From an uncultured Chloroflexia bacterium (lineage in GTDB: Bacteria > Chloroflexota > Limnocylindria > Limnocylindrales > CSP1-4), in the NCBI GenBank assembly GCA_963713095.1, contig CAVQKK010000009.1:196991-260990 (forward strand): DNA of 64,000 nucleotides, in the 5' to 3' direction. The translations under genes and the position numbers were made by a program. This document shows, piece by piece, positions 20,320 to 31,016 of the stretch. The notes below the pieces were generated by a model. The model had not been told where the DNA came from. It was given only the letters and a program-made list of their open reading frames with translations, and did not search any database. Position 1 is the stretch's first letter. Every line of letters starts with the position of its first letter.

Positions 20320-20558
20320 CTCTTCGCGAGCCGTCCATCTCGCAGATCCACAGCATCGATCGCGTAGAGCAGGTCCAGGGCAAGCACGAACCAGTCGAAC
20401 GGGACCGCTGCCTCACCAGTCCAGCTGCCGGTCTCGCTGCGCTTGTACCGATCCCATAGGGCGGTGACCGGGGCAGGCTCAGCGAGGAGTGTGAGCACCT
20501 CCGCACCTATGTGGATCAGCGAGCGCCGTTGGTCGAGGTGTTTGGTGGGAAGGATCAC
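20316..20558 (-). CDS. small (80-aa) alpha-helical middle component of the three-gene ABC ATPase module
   Basis: Both ends overlap the flanking genes in ATGA junctions. Ends 'FDWFVLALDLLYAIDAVDLRDGRL'. Assignment rests on size and position; the middle-component family is not securely recognised. Confidence 0.4.
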   Translation of the reverse strand: MILPTKHLDQRRSLIHIGAEVLTLLAEPAPVTALWDRYKRSETGSWTGEAAVPFDWFVLALDLLYAIDAVDLRDGRLAKR

Positions 20559-21478
20559 GGCACGCCCGTCGGCACATCATCGAAGATGTCGCAGCGCTCG
20601 AACAGATAGGCGAGGAGGGCCAAGGCCGCAGCCTGCTCTGCTGGGACGACGACGCGGTCCCCACTGACGAAGGCCTGAAGTTCGGCGAAGATTCGGTCCG
20701 GGCCTAGGCCGTGGCCCTTGAGCTCCTCATACCTGGCCCTGAAGGCCGCCGCGACGCGATCGGCCAACGCAGGGTTGGGCGACCTCCCGAAGAACTCGCG
20801 CACTTGTGGCGTCCTCTCCATGCCGACCACGAGGAGACGCCGCACGAAGTCAGACAGCCTGTTGTACTCGAGCTTCTCCGGGGAGGGCGCGGTGACAGAC
20901 GGAGCGATCGGGACCGGGCCGAGCGCCAGCGCTTGCACGAGCGGCTCAATGGCATCAAACCGGAGACCAATCACGTCGCGCCGCTCGGGAGCCGGGCCCA
21001 AGAGCGCGCGGATGTCCTCGTCCGACAATCGGAACACCTCGTCGCGAATGGCCTCGAGCGACCAAGTCGCCACTGTGAGGCCCTCGGGATCGTTGGCCTC
21101 GGGCGTCTTAGCCTCCGCGAGTACGTTGCAAGCGACGCCGAGGGGGTGGTTGTGGACGTAGACCCACTGCTTCATGGTTGGCCAATGAGTCTTTGCCCCA
21201 GCGAAGTCAGCCTTCATCTTCGCCACGCCCCGGGCGTCCATCTCGTCCGGCCCATAGCACTGGAACACTGTTCCACTGCTCGCTAGGTAGCCATCATTCT
21301 TCAGATCGCCAGTTGGCCCCGCTGCCCTGACGCGCACAAAGTCCCTTGGGTGTCCAAGACTCATCACGTCAGCGAAGAAATCCTGGAAGGCGGCGCCACG
21401 ACGCTTCAGGAACTCAACCTGCAGGCGGAGTTCGTACCAGTCCCTGGCTACCTGATCCACCGACTCCCCCTGCCGCAC
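20555..21478 (-). CDS. predicted effector component of the module: N-terminal PD-(D/E)xK nuclease-like region (possibly LmuA/Cap4-like) plus a helical C-terminal domain
   Basis: 307 aa. 'HPRDFVRVRAAGPTGDLKNDGY' is compatible with a D...D-x-K nuclease core. The stop overlaps the start of the small middle gene. Confidence 0.35.
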   Translation of the reverse strand: MRQGESVDQVARDWYELRLQVEFLKRRGAAFQDFFADVMSLGHPRDFVRVRAAGPTGDLKNDGYLASSGTVFQCYGPDEMDARGVAKMKADFAGAKTHWPTMKQWVYVHNHPLGVACNVLAEAKTPEANDPEGLTVATWSLEAIRDEVFRLSDEDIRALLGPAPERRDVIGLRFDAIEPLVQALALGPVPIAPSVTAPSPEKLEYNRLSDFVRRLLVVGMERTPQVREFFGRSPNPALADRVAAAFRARYEELKGHGLGPDRIFAELQAFVSGDRVVVPAEQAAALALLAYLFERCDIFDDVPTGVP

Positions 21479-21546
21479 ATGCGCCTGCGAATGGAGTCTA
21501 ACGCGAGTGTGGGCGATCGCCCCGACCAGTAGGCGGCGGCAACTTC

Positions 21547-21570
21547 GCGAGCCCCTAACTACTACCCCCC
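21547..21570. repeat. right imperfect inverted repeat partner of 9176-9198
   Basis: 'cgagcccctaACTACTAcccccc'. It sits immediately before the GC content rises again. Confidence 0.35.
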
Positions 21571-21627
21571 AGACTCGTTGACGCGATCGCAGCGCGGAAC
21601 TAGACTCAATCCCGACGAAATCGGTCG

Positions 21628-21680
21628 GAATTCCCCGGCGCGGCGGCTCCCTCGCCGCGGGCGTCCCCCCGGGGAACTCC
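21628..21680. promoter_or_regulatory. inverted repeat GGAATTCCCCGG-N29-CCGGGGAACTCC upstream of the Rrf2-suf operon; candidate operator or structured leader
   Basis: Read directly; the arms match 11 of 12 bases and lie about 100 bp upstream of the Rrf2 gene. Confidence 0.25.
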
Positions 21681-21783
21681 GGCCGGTCGCCACGGCGACC
21701 CGACGAGGACCGAACCCCTGACCACGCGCGCGAGCTTCCACGGATCCGGCGCCCTTGCCTTCAGCACCAAGGGCGAGTACGGC

Positions 21784-22254
21784 GTGCGGTTGATGGTGCA
21801 GCTGGGTCGCCGTTTCGGCACGGGTCCCGCGAGCCTCGCGGAGATCGCGCAGGTGGAGGATCTGCCGCGCGCCTATCTCGAGCAGCTCGTGACCAGCCTG
21901 CGGGACGCGGCCCTGGTCGTGTCCACCCGGGGCGCGCACGGAGGGTACGAGCTGGCGCTGCCGCCGGAGCAGATCCGGATGAGCGACGTGCTGCGAGCCC
22001 TCGAGGGCCCGATCGCGCCGATGATCTGCGCGACCGACGACCCGGATCACGCCGCCTGCGAGCGATCGGCCCGGTGCACGGTCAACGTGCTCTGGATGAA
22101 GGTCCGTGACGCGATCACGGACACGCTCGATGCCATGACCCTGGCAGACCTCGTCCCGGTCCGCCATATCGCGCTGGATCCGCCCGAGACGCTCGGCCCT
22201 TCGGCCCCGGCCGGATCGCCGGCCACGGCCGGATCCACGGCCGGCGTCGCGTGA
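21784..22254 (+). CDS. Rrf2 family transcriptional regulator (IscR/SufR-like context)
   Basis: 'GGYELALPPEQIRMSDVLRALEG' matches Rrf2. A conserved 'FSTKGEYGVRLM' N-terminus is in frame upstream of the first canonical start (GTG 21784), so the true start probably lies upstream at a non-canonical codon (possibly the CTG at 21718) or has been altered by an indel. Confidence 0.65.
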   Translation: MRLMVQLGRRFGTGPASLAEIAQVEDLPRAYLEQLVTSLRDAALVVSTRGAHGGYELALPPEQIRMSDVLRALEGPIAPMICATDDPDHAACERSARCTVNVLWMKVRDAITDTLDAMTLADLVPVRHIALDPPETLGPSAPAGSPATAGSTAGVA

Positions 22255-22291
22255 GACCGGCCTCCACACCACGCAACCCAGGAGCCAATTC

Positions 22292-23173
22292 GTGACCGAC
22301 GCGAACGACCGCGAGCTCGTCATCTCGGACCTTCGGGTCGCCCCCGTGGCCCATCCCGACCACGAGATCCTGCAGGGGATCGACCTCACCATCCGCAAGG
22401 GCGAGACCCACGCGATCATGGGCCCCAACGGGTCGGGCAAGACCACCCTCGCCTACGCCCTGATGGGCCACCCGGCTTACGTGGTCAAGTCCGGTGAGGT
22501 GCGCTGGAAGGGCCGCAACCTGCTCGCCCTCTCGCCCGACAAGCGCTCGCGGCTGGGCCTGTTCCTTGCGTTCCAGTACCCGACCGCCGTGCCCGGCCTG
22601 TCCGTCGCCTCGTTCATCCGGAGCGCGCTCAACGCCAAGCTCCAGGGCATCGACAAGGACCCCGACGTCGACCCGACCGATGCCACCCGGGGCGGGGTCT
22701 CGATGCTCGACTTCCGGCGGCGGATGCGCGAGAAGATGGCGATGCTCAAGATGGAGGACAGCTTCGCGAGCCGCTACGTGAACGACGGGTTCTCGGGGGG
22801 CGAGAAGAAGCGGCTCGAGATGCTCCAGATGGCGATGCTGGCGCCCGAGTTCGCGATCCTCGACGAGACGGACTCGGGGCTCGACATCGACGCCCTGCGC
22901 ATCGTGGCCGAAGGTGTCAACGCGATGCTCAACCCCGACATGGGTGTGCTGCTCATCACGCACTACCAGCGGCTGCTCAACTACATCACGCCCGACGTGG
23001 TCCACGTCCTGGCCGCCGGCCGGATCGTGACCTCGGGTGGCAAGGACCTGGCCCTGCGGCTGGAGGACGAGGGCTATGGCCCGATCCTCCGCGAGAACGG
23101 CCTCGACATCAACGTGCCGGACGAAGCCCTGGCAGTCGCGCTCGAGCCCGAGGCGGCGGGCGCGGGCCGGTAG
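22292..23173 (+). CDS. sufC: Fe-S cluster assembly ATPase SufC
   Basis: Walker A 'GPNGSGKTT', an ABC signature 'FSGGEKKR' and Walker B 'ILDETDSGLD'. GTG start. Confidence 0.85.
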   Translation: MTDANDRELVISDLRVAPVAHPDHEILQGIDLTIRKGETHAIMGPNGSGKTTLAYALMGHPAYVVKSGEVRWKGRNLLALSPDKRSRLGLFLAFQYPTAVPGLSVASFIRSALNAKLQGIDKDPDVDPTDATRGGVSMLDFRRRMREKMAMLKMEDSFASRYVNDGFSGGEKKRLEMLQMAMLAPEFAILDETDSGLDIDALRIVAEGVNAMLNPDMGVLLITHYQRLLNYITPDVVHVLAAGRIVTSGGKDLALRLEDEGYGPILRENGLDINVPDEALAVALEPEAAGAGR

Positions 23174-23180
23174 GCGACCG

Positions 23181-24503
<1,323 letters not shown>

Positions 24504-24511
24504 GCGATCCG

Positions 24512-24910
24512 ATGGACGATCTGTACCGCGACTACATCCTCGAGCACTACCGGCGGCCCCACAACTTCGGCGTCATCGAGGAGCCGTCCGCGTCCTACGA
24601 AGGGTCCAACCCGCTGTGCGGCGACAGGATCACGATGCAGCTGGCTGTCAGAGACGGGGTCGTGGAGCAGATCGGCTTCACGGGCCGCGGCTGCGCGATC
24701 AGCCAGGCGTCGGCCTCGCTGCTGACCGACGAGATCAAGGGCAAGCCGATCGAGACGGTGATCGATTTCGGCGCGGCCGACCTGCTCGACCTGCTGGGCA
24801 TCGAGATCAGCCCTGCGCGACTCAAGTGCGCGATGCTCAGCTTCGACTCGCTCCAGCACCTGCTGGACGAGATCGGTGCCAAGCCGCTCCCTGCGAAGGA
24901 GCCGAGTTGA
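24512..24910 (+). CDS. sufU: SUF system Fe-S scaffold SufU (NifU-like)
   Basis: 'ILEHYRRPHNFG...NPLCGDRITMQL...FTGRGCAISQASASL'. Confidence 0.8.
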   Translation: MDDLYRDYILEHYRRPHNFGVIEEPSASYEGSNPLCGDRITMQLAVRDGVVEQIGFTGRGCAISQASASLLTDEIKGKPIETVIDFGAADLLDLLGIEISPARLKCAMLSFDSLQHLLDEIGAKPLPAKEPS

Positions 24911-25064
24911 TGCGCTGCTGCTCGTGTCGCCGGCCGGCCTGAGCCGGCGCCCGACCCTGTCCGCCCGCGGATCCTTGTGATGACCGCGCCGGAGCCCTTT
25001 TCCTTTCGTCCCCATCGCGCCGCCTCCTCGGCGGCTCGTCGTCCACCGGGAGCACCTTGTCATC

Positions 25065-26259
25065 ATGCCGAAAACCTATCCTGAGCTCCTCCGGGACGCC
25101 CGAACCGAGGTCCGGGAAGTCTCACCGGCCGAGGCGGACGCCCTCCGCCACCGGGGCGGGATCGCCCTGATCGACGTCCGCGAGGCGTCGGAGTGGGACC
25201 AGGGATACATCCCGGGGGCCACGCACGTGTCGCGGAGCTACCTCGAGCAGCAGATCGAGGGCGCCGTCCCCGACCGTGACATGCCGGTCGTGCTGTATTG
25301 CGCCGGGGGCGTCCGGTCGTTGTTCGCCGGCCAGGCGCTGCGCGCGATGGGCTATACGGACGTGGCCTCGATGAACGGTGGCTTCCAGGCCTGGAAGAGC
25401 CAGGGGCTCGACTGGACCCAGCCGGCCCGCCTGTCGGACGAGCAGAAGCTGCGCTACAGCCGCCACCTGCTGATCCCCGAGGTGGGGTCAGAAGGGCCAG
25501 GCCCGGCTGCTCGCGTCGAAGGTGCTGCTGATCGGCGCCGGCGGGCTGGGCTCCCCGGCCGCGCTGTATCTCGCCGCCGCCGGCGTGGGCACGGTCGGCA
25601 TCGTCGACTTCGACGTCGTCGACCTGTCCAACCTCCAGCGCCAGGTGATCCACACCAGCGACCGGGTGGGTGAGAAGAAGACCGACTCCGCGCGCCGGAC
25701 GCTGACCGCGCTCAACCCCGACGTCACGGTGGTGGCCCACGAGGAGATGCTGGTCGCCGACAACGTGGAGCGGCTGATCTCGGGCTACGAGGTGATCCTC
25801 GACGGGACCGACACGTTCGAGACCCGCTACATCCTCAACGATGCGGCGGTCGCAGCCGGGATCCCGGTGGTCCATGCGTCCGTGTTCCGGTTCGAGGGCC
25901 AGCTCACGACGTTCGTGCCCTACGAGGGCCCGTGCTACCGCTGCCTGTACCCGACCCCGCCCCCGCCGGAGCTTGCCCCCGGCTGCTCGGTCGCCGGCGT
26001 GCTGGGCGTGGTGCCCGGGATCATGGGCCTGCTCCAGGCCAACGAGGTGCTCAAGCTGCTGCTCGGGATCGGCGACTCGCTTGCCGGCCGGCTGCTGCTG
26101 TTCGACGCCCTGGCCACCGAGTTCACCGAGCTGCGGCTCCGCCGCGATCCCGCGTGCCCTGTGTGCTCGGACGAGGCGCGGACGGCCCGAGAGGCCGGGA
26201 CGCCGCTGCCCGTCGCCGCGGCCAGCGACGGCGTGTTCACGCTGGGGGCCGCGCGATGA
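25065..26259 (+). CDS. rhodanese domain fused N-terminally to a ThiF/MoeB E1-like adenylyltransferase (MoeZ-like sulfurtransferase); the ORF is interrupted by a 1-nt insertion at about 25497
   Basis: Rhodanese active site 'VLYCAGGVRS'. Frame 0 then reads 'QKLRYSRHLLIPEVGSEG'. The sequence continues in frame +1 as 'QARLLASKVLLIGAGGLGSPAALYLAAAGVG...CYRC...CPVC'. Removing one C restores 'EGQARLL'. Confidence 0.7.
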
Positions 26260-26579
26260 GCACGGTCAAGTTTCCGGCGGTCCTGCGCGCCAACGTGGGC
26301 GGGGCGCGTGAGGTCGAGGTAAAGGGGTCGACCATCGGCGAGGTGCTGGACGGACTGGTCGGGACCTACCCGGCGCTGCGCGAGCAGCTGTTCACCGACG
26401 ACGGCGAGCTCAACCGGTTCATCAACGTCTACGTCAACGGCCAGGATGTCCGCTACCTGGACGGGCGGGCGACGACCGTCGCCGATGCCGACGAGGTTCG
26501 GCTGCTGCCGGCGATGGCCGGCGGTGGTGGTGACGGCCGTTCCCGGGGCATGTCCGACGAGGCCGGCGGGCCGGGATGA
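26256..26579 (+). CDS. cysO: CysO/ThiS/MoaD-type sulfur carrier protein with a 17-aa extension after the Gly-Gly
   Basis: '...NVYVNGQDVRYLDGRATTVADADEVRLLPAMAGG' resembles M. tuberculosis CysO. The protein continues 'GGDGRSRGMSDEAGGPG' before the stop. Its start overlaps the ThiF stop and its stop overlaps cysM in ATGA junctions. Confidence 0.65.
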   Translation: MSTVKFPAVLRANVGGAREVEVKGSTIGEVLDGLVGTYPALREQLFTDDGELNRFINVYVNGQDVRYLDGRATTVADADEVRLLPAMAGGGGDGRSRGMSDEAGGPG

Positions 26580-27571
26580 CCGAGACCGCCAGCCTCCACG
26601 CGCTGGCGCACGACGCCGACGAGCGTCACGGCGGGCGGTACGAGTCGATCCTCGATGCCGTCGGCCACACGCCGCTGGTCGCGATCCCCCGAATGAGCCC
26701 CAACCCGGCCATCCGGCTGTACGCGAAGCTCGAGATGTACAACCCGACGGGTTCGGTCAAGGACCGCGCCGCCAAGTACCTGGTCGAGGATCTCGAGCGG
26801 CGTCGCCTGCTCACGCCCGACTCGATCATCCTCGAGCCCACCTCGGGCAACACCGGAATCGCGCTCGCGATGATCGGCCGGCGGAAGGGGTACCGGGTCG
26901 CGTTGGTCATGCCCGACAACGTCACCTCGGAGCGCCGCCAGGTCGCCGCTCTGTTCGGCGCCGAGATCATCGACTCGCCGGGGAGCAAGGGCTCGAACGG
27001 CGCGATCGCGCTGGCCAAGGAGCTGGCGGCCCGCGACCCGCGGTTCGTGATGCCCTACCAGTACGGCAACCCGGCCAACCCGCTGGCCCACTACGAGACA
27101 ACCGGTCCGGAGATCCTGGCCGACTGCCCGGAGATCGACGTGTTCGTCGCCGGCCTCGGGACGTCGGGGACGCTGATGGGCACCGGCCGCTACCTGCGCG
27201 AGCACAAGCCCGGGGTGCGGATCGTGGCCGCGGAGCCGCTCCCCGGGGAGAACGTCCAGGGTCTGCGATCGCTCGAGGAGGGTTTCGTGCCCGAGATCCT
27301 CGATCCCTCGATGCTCGACGCGAAGTACCTGGTGTCGAACCGCGACGCGGTGGCGGCGCTGCGGGACCTGCTGTTCCGCGAGGGTGTGTTCGCCGGGCCG
27401 TCCTGCGGCGCGGTGCTGGTGGCCGCTGCCCGCGAGGCACGCCGGATGACGAGCGGAACGATCGTGGCGCTGCTTCCCGACGGCGGCTGGAAGTACCTCT
27501 CGGCGGGCACCTTCGAGCGCGACCTGGACGAGATGGAAGAGGACTTCGAAGGCCGGGTGAACTGGTGGTGA
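26576..27571 (+). CDS. cysM: CysM-type cysteine synthase (sulfur-carrier-protein dependent)
   Basis: PLP-fold 'PTGSVKDRAAKYLV...EPTSGNTGIALAMIG...GLGTSGTLMGTG'. Confidence 0.8.
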   Translation: MTETASLHALAHDADERHGGRYESILDAVGHTPLVAIPRMSPNPAIRLYAKLEMYNPTGSVKDRAAKYLVEDLERRRLLTPDSIILEPTSGNTGIALAMIGRRKGYRVALVMPDNVTSERRQVAALFGAEIIDSPGSKGSNGAIALAKELAARDPRFVMPYQYGNPANPLAHYETTGPEILADCPEIDVFVAGLGTSGTLMGTGRYLREHKPGVRIVAAEPLPGENVQGLRSLEEGFVPEILDPSMLDAKYLVSNRDAVAALRDLLFREGVFAGPSCGAVLVAAAREARRMTSGTIVALLPDGGWKYLSAGTFERDLDEMEEDFEGRVNWW

Positions 27572-28035
27572 GCGATCCGGTGGCGGTCCACCATCCGGGA
27601 CCGACGGGCGTCCGCCTGCCGCGCGCGATGGCGGATGCGATCGTCGCCCAGGCAACCGCCGAATACCCCAACGAGGCGTGCGGGATCGTGATCGGGAGCG
27701 GCCCGGCCGCGGAGGGTGGTGAGGCGCTCCGGTACGTTGCCTGCCGCAACACGGCCGCCTCCCCGTACCGATACACGATCGACAGCCAGGAGGCACTGCG
27801 ACTCTCGATCGAGGCCGATGATGCGGGCCAGGAGTTCTGGGCGATCGTGCACTCGCACGTGCGGTCGCCGGCGGTGCCCTCCCCCACGGATGTGGGGCTC
27901 GCGTTCTGGCCGGACGCCCTGTACATGCTCGTCTCGCTGGCCGACGAGCACGCCGCGCCGGATGGGGAGCGCTCGCTTCGCGCATGGCGGATCCGGGATG
28001 GCGCGTCGTTCGAGGTCGCCCTCGAGGTCACGTGA
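27565..28035 (+). CDS. mec: Mec+/JAMM (MPN+) family metalloprotease
   Basis: JAMM motif 'EACGIV...' and 'HSHVRSPAVPSPTD'. The GTG start overlaps cysM by 7 nt. Confidence 0.75.
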   Translation: MVSDPVAVHHPGPTGVRLPRAMADAIVAQATAEYPNEACGIVIGSGPAAEGGEALRYVACRNTAASPYRYTIDSQEALRLSIEADDAGQEFWAIVHSHVRSPAVPSPTDVGLAFWPDALYMLVSLADEHAAPDGERSLRAWRIRDGASFEVALEVT

Positions 28036-28043
28036 CGGCCAGG

Positions 28044-28463
28044 ATGGGCGAGATCGATCGTGGCCGGATCGCATGGCTGGCGACCGGCGCGGTCGCGGTT
28101 GCCGGCGGGACGCTGCTCGGCTGGAACGCGGCGCTGCTGGATGCGATCGCGGGACCGCCCGCCATCGTCCGCGCGGCGCTGGTCGGGATCAGCGCGCTCG
28201 TTGGTCTCGCGCTGCTGAGCGAGGCCGTCCGGCGTCTGGCCGCCGGACGGCGGGTAGCCGCGGCCGAGCTGACGGGTCGGGACGTCGCGCTGTTGATCCG
28301 GGCGGTTCGCCTCGTGTTCCTCTCGGTGGCGGGGTTCGCCGCGGCGGCGGGCTGGCTGCTCGGCCATCCGCTGCCATTCATCGTCGCGCTCGTGATCGCG
28401 GGCATCGACATCCTCGAGACATCGCTGTTGCTGCTGGTGGTGGCGCTGCGCAAGGAGGGCTGA
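28044..28463 (+). CDS. hypothetical membrane protein
   Basis: Four hydrophobic segments. A GC hairpin follows downstream. Confidence 0.35.
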   Translation: MGEIDRGRIAWLATGAVAVAGGTLLGWNAALLDAIAGPPAIVRAALVGISALVGLALLSEAVRRLAAGRRVAAAELTGRDVALLIRAVRLVFLSVAGFAAAAGWLLGHPLPFIVALVIAGIDILETSLLLLVVALRKEG

Positions 28464-28471
28464 CCCGACGG

Positions 28472-28495
28472 GCGCCGGCCCCCGGCGCCGGCCAC
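28472..28495 (+). terminator. GC-rich hairpin GGCGCCGG-ccc-CCGGCGCC; possible intrinsic terminator, but no U-tract
   Basis: Read directly from the sequence. Confidence 0.25.
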
Positions 28496-28613
28496 CGCAT
28501 CCAGCCCATCGGTTGGCATCGGGCACGCGAGCTCGGGCAGGCGCCCGCGCCGTTGTTGCCCGCCGGCGGGCGTAGGCTAGGTCGCGGATCGACCCGCGCC
28601 GTGGAGTTCCGAC

Positions 28614-31016
28614 ATGACACTTTCCCAACCGGTCACCGCCGACCAGCTCCCAGCCAACCCGCTGTCGCCCGAGGAGCTGCGCCAGATCGACGCGTACTGG
28701 CGAGCGGCCAACTACCTGTCCGTCGGCCAGATCTACCTGCTCGACAACCCGCTCCTGCGGGGCCCGCTGGAAGCCGACCAGGTGAAGCCGCGGCTGCTCG
28801 GCCACTGGGGCACCACGCCCGGTCTCAACCTCATCTACGCCCACATGAACCGGGTGATCCGGAGCTGGGACCTCAACGCGATCTACATCATCGGGCCAGG
28901 TCACGGTGGCCCGGCCATCGTCGCCAACGCGTACCTCGAGGGCACCTACAGCGAGATCTACACGAGCATCACTCGCGACGAAGAGGGAATGCGTCGGCTG
29001 TTCCGGCAGTTCTCGTTCCCGGGCGGCATCCCCAGCCACGTTGCGCCCGAGACACCCGGCTCGATCCACGAGGGCGGCGAGCTGGGCTACGCGCTCTCGC
29101 ATGCCTACGGGGCCGCCTTCGACAACCCGGACCTCGTCGTGTGCGCGGTTGTGGGCGACGGCGAGGCGGAGACCGGGCCGCTGGCCACGAGCTGGCACTC
29201 CAACAAGTTCATCGATCCGGCCCACGACGGGGCTGTGCTGCCGATCCTGCATCTCAACGGCTACAAGATCGCGAACCCGACCGTGCTGGCCAGGATCCCC
29301 ACCGCCGAGCTGGCCGCGCTGTTGGAGGGCTACGGCCATCGGCCGTACTTCGTCGGGGGCGACGATCCGGCACAGGTGCATCAGCAGATGGCCGCCACCA
29401 TGGATGCCGTGGTGGCCGAGATCCAGTCGATCCAGAAGGCCGCACGGGCGGGCGGCGTCACCGAGCGACCGCGGTGGCCGATGATCGTGCTCCGGACACC
29501 CAAGGGCTGGACGGGTCCCAAGGAGATCGACGGCAAGCCGGTCGAGGGCACCTGGCGGGCGCACCAGGTCCCGATGGGCGAGGTGCGGACGAACGCCGGG
29601 CACCGCTCGATCCTCGAGGCCTGGATGCGCAGCTACCGGCCGGAGGAGCTGTTCGATGAGCACGGCTCGCTCGTCCCGGAGCTGGCGGCGCTGCCGCCCA
29701 AGGAGTACCGCCGCATGAGCGCTAACCCGGTCGCGAACGGGGGTTTGCTGCTCCGCGACCTCGTGCTGCCCGACTTCCGGGACTATGCGGTGGACGTGCC
29801 GGAACCCGGAGCCACGGTCGCTGAGGCGACCCGCGTGCTGGGCATGTACCTGCGCGACGTCATCGATCGCAACCGCGAGACGTTCCGCCTGTTCGGGCCC
29901 GACGAGACGCTGTCCAACCGGCTCAGTGCGATATTCGAGGTCACGGACCGCCAGTTCGATGCCGAGATCCTCGCGACGGACGAGTTCCAGGCCCCGTCAG
30001 GCCGGGTCATGGAGGTGCTGTCCGAGCACCAGTGCCAAGGGTGGCTGGAAGGCTATCTGCTCACCGGGCGCCACGGCCTGTTCAACTGCTACGAGGCATT
30101 CATCCACATCATCGACTCGATGTTCAACCAGCATGCGAAATGGCTCAAGGTGACCCGTGACCTGCCATGGCGGCGCCCGATCGCGTCGCTCAACTACGTC
30201 CTCAGCTCGCTCGTCTGGCGCCAGGACCACAACGGCTTCAGCCATCAGGACCCCGGGTTCATCGACCACGTGGTCAACAAGAAGGCCGACGTCATCCGGG
30301 TCTACCTGCCGCCCGACGCGAACACGCTGCTCTCGGTTGGCGACCACTGCCTTCGCAGCCGCCACTACGTGAACGTGATCGTGGCCGGCAAGCAGCCTGC
30401 CCCGAACTGGCTGTCGATGGACGAGGCGATCCTCCACTGCACCCGCGGGATCGGGATCTGGGACTGGGCAAGCAGCGATGAGGGCGGTGAGCCAGACGTC
30501 GTGCTCGCGTGCGCCGGTGACATCCCCACCCTCGAGGCCCTCGCCGCCGTCGACCTCATCCGGCAGCACCTGCCCGAGCTCAAGGTCCGCTTCATCAACG
30601 TGGTCGACCTGATGCGGCTCCAGGATGAGCACGAGCACCCACACGGGCTCTCGAACGCCGAGTTCGACGCCCTGTTCACGACCGACAAGCCCGTCGTGTT
30701 CGCCTACCACGGCTATCCGTGGCTGATCCATCGCCTCACGTACCGCCGGACGAACCACGCCAACCTGCACGTCCGCGGCTACAAAGAGGAGGGGACGACC
30801 ACCACGCCGTTCGACATGGTGATGCTCAACGACCTCGACCGGTACCATCTCGTGATCGACGTCATCGACCGCGTGCCGGGTCTGGGGCCGAAGGCGGGCC
30901 ATGTCCGCCAGCTCATGGTGGACAAGCGACTGCAGGCGCGCGCCTACACGCGGCGCGAGGGCGAGGACGCGCCGGAGGTCGCCGACTGGACCTGGCCGGC
31001 CGCCTCCCCAGAATGA
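28614..31016 (+). CDS. xfp: xylulose-5-phosphate/fructose-6-phosphate phosphoketolase
   Basis: 800-aa ORF. '[24 protein letters not shown]...HWGTTPGLN...[15 protein letters not shown]' are Xfp signatures. Confidence 0.9.
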   Translation: MTLSQPVTADQLPANPLSPEELRQIDAYWRAANYLSVGQIYLLDNPLLRGPLEADQVKPRLLGHWGTTPGLNLIYAHMNRVIRSWDLNAIYIIGPGHGGPAIVANAYLEGTYSEIYTSITRDEEGMRRLFRQFSFPGGIPSHVAPETPGSIHEGGELGYALSHAYGAAFDNPDLVVCAVVGDGEAETGPLATSWHSNKFIDPAHDGAVLPILHLNGYKIANPTVLARIPTAELAALLEGYGHRPYFVGGDDPAQVHQQMAATMDAVVAEIQSIQKAARAGGVTERPRWPMIVLRTPKGWTGPKEIDGKPVEGTWRAHQVPMGEVRTNAGHRSILEAWMRSYRPEELFDEHGSLVPELAALPPKEYRRMSANPVANGGLLLRDLVLPDFRDYAVDVPEPGATVAEATRVLGMYLRDVIDRNRETFRLFGPDETLSNRLSAIFEVTDRQFDAEILATDEFQAPSGRVMEVLSEHQCQGWLEGYLLTGRHGLFNCYEAFIHIIDSMFNQHAKWLKVTRDLPWRRPIASLNYVLSSLVWRQDHNGFSHQDPGFIDHVVNKKADVIRVYLPPDANTLLSVGDHCLRSRHYVNVIVAGKQPAPNWLSMDEAILHCTRGIGIWDWASSDEGGEPDVVLACAGDIPTLEALAAVDLIRQHLPELKVRFINVVDLMRLQDEHEHPHGLSNAEFDALFTTDKPVVFAYHGYPWLIHRLTYRRTNHANLHVRGYKEEGTTTTPFDMVMLNDLDRYHLVIDVIDRVPGLGPKAGHVRQLMVDKRLQARAYTRREGEDAPEVADWTWPAASPE

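Noticed and set aside
20555-21478. HEPN (Rx4-6H) assignment for the module's effector, based on 'WVYVHNHPLG'
   Set aside because: No arginine sits at the required spacing. The PD-(D/E)xK-like pattern is a better but still tentative fit.
9100-21700. CRISPR array or cas2 accompanying the Cas1 homologue
   Set aside because: No regularly spaced direct repeats of 25-40 bp were seen anywhere in the island or elsewhere in the window. No Cas2-like small ORF sits next to Cas1.
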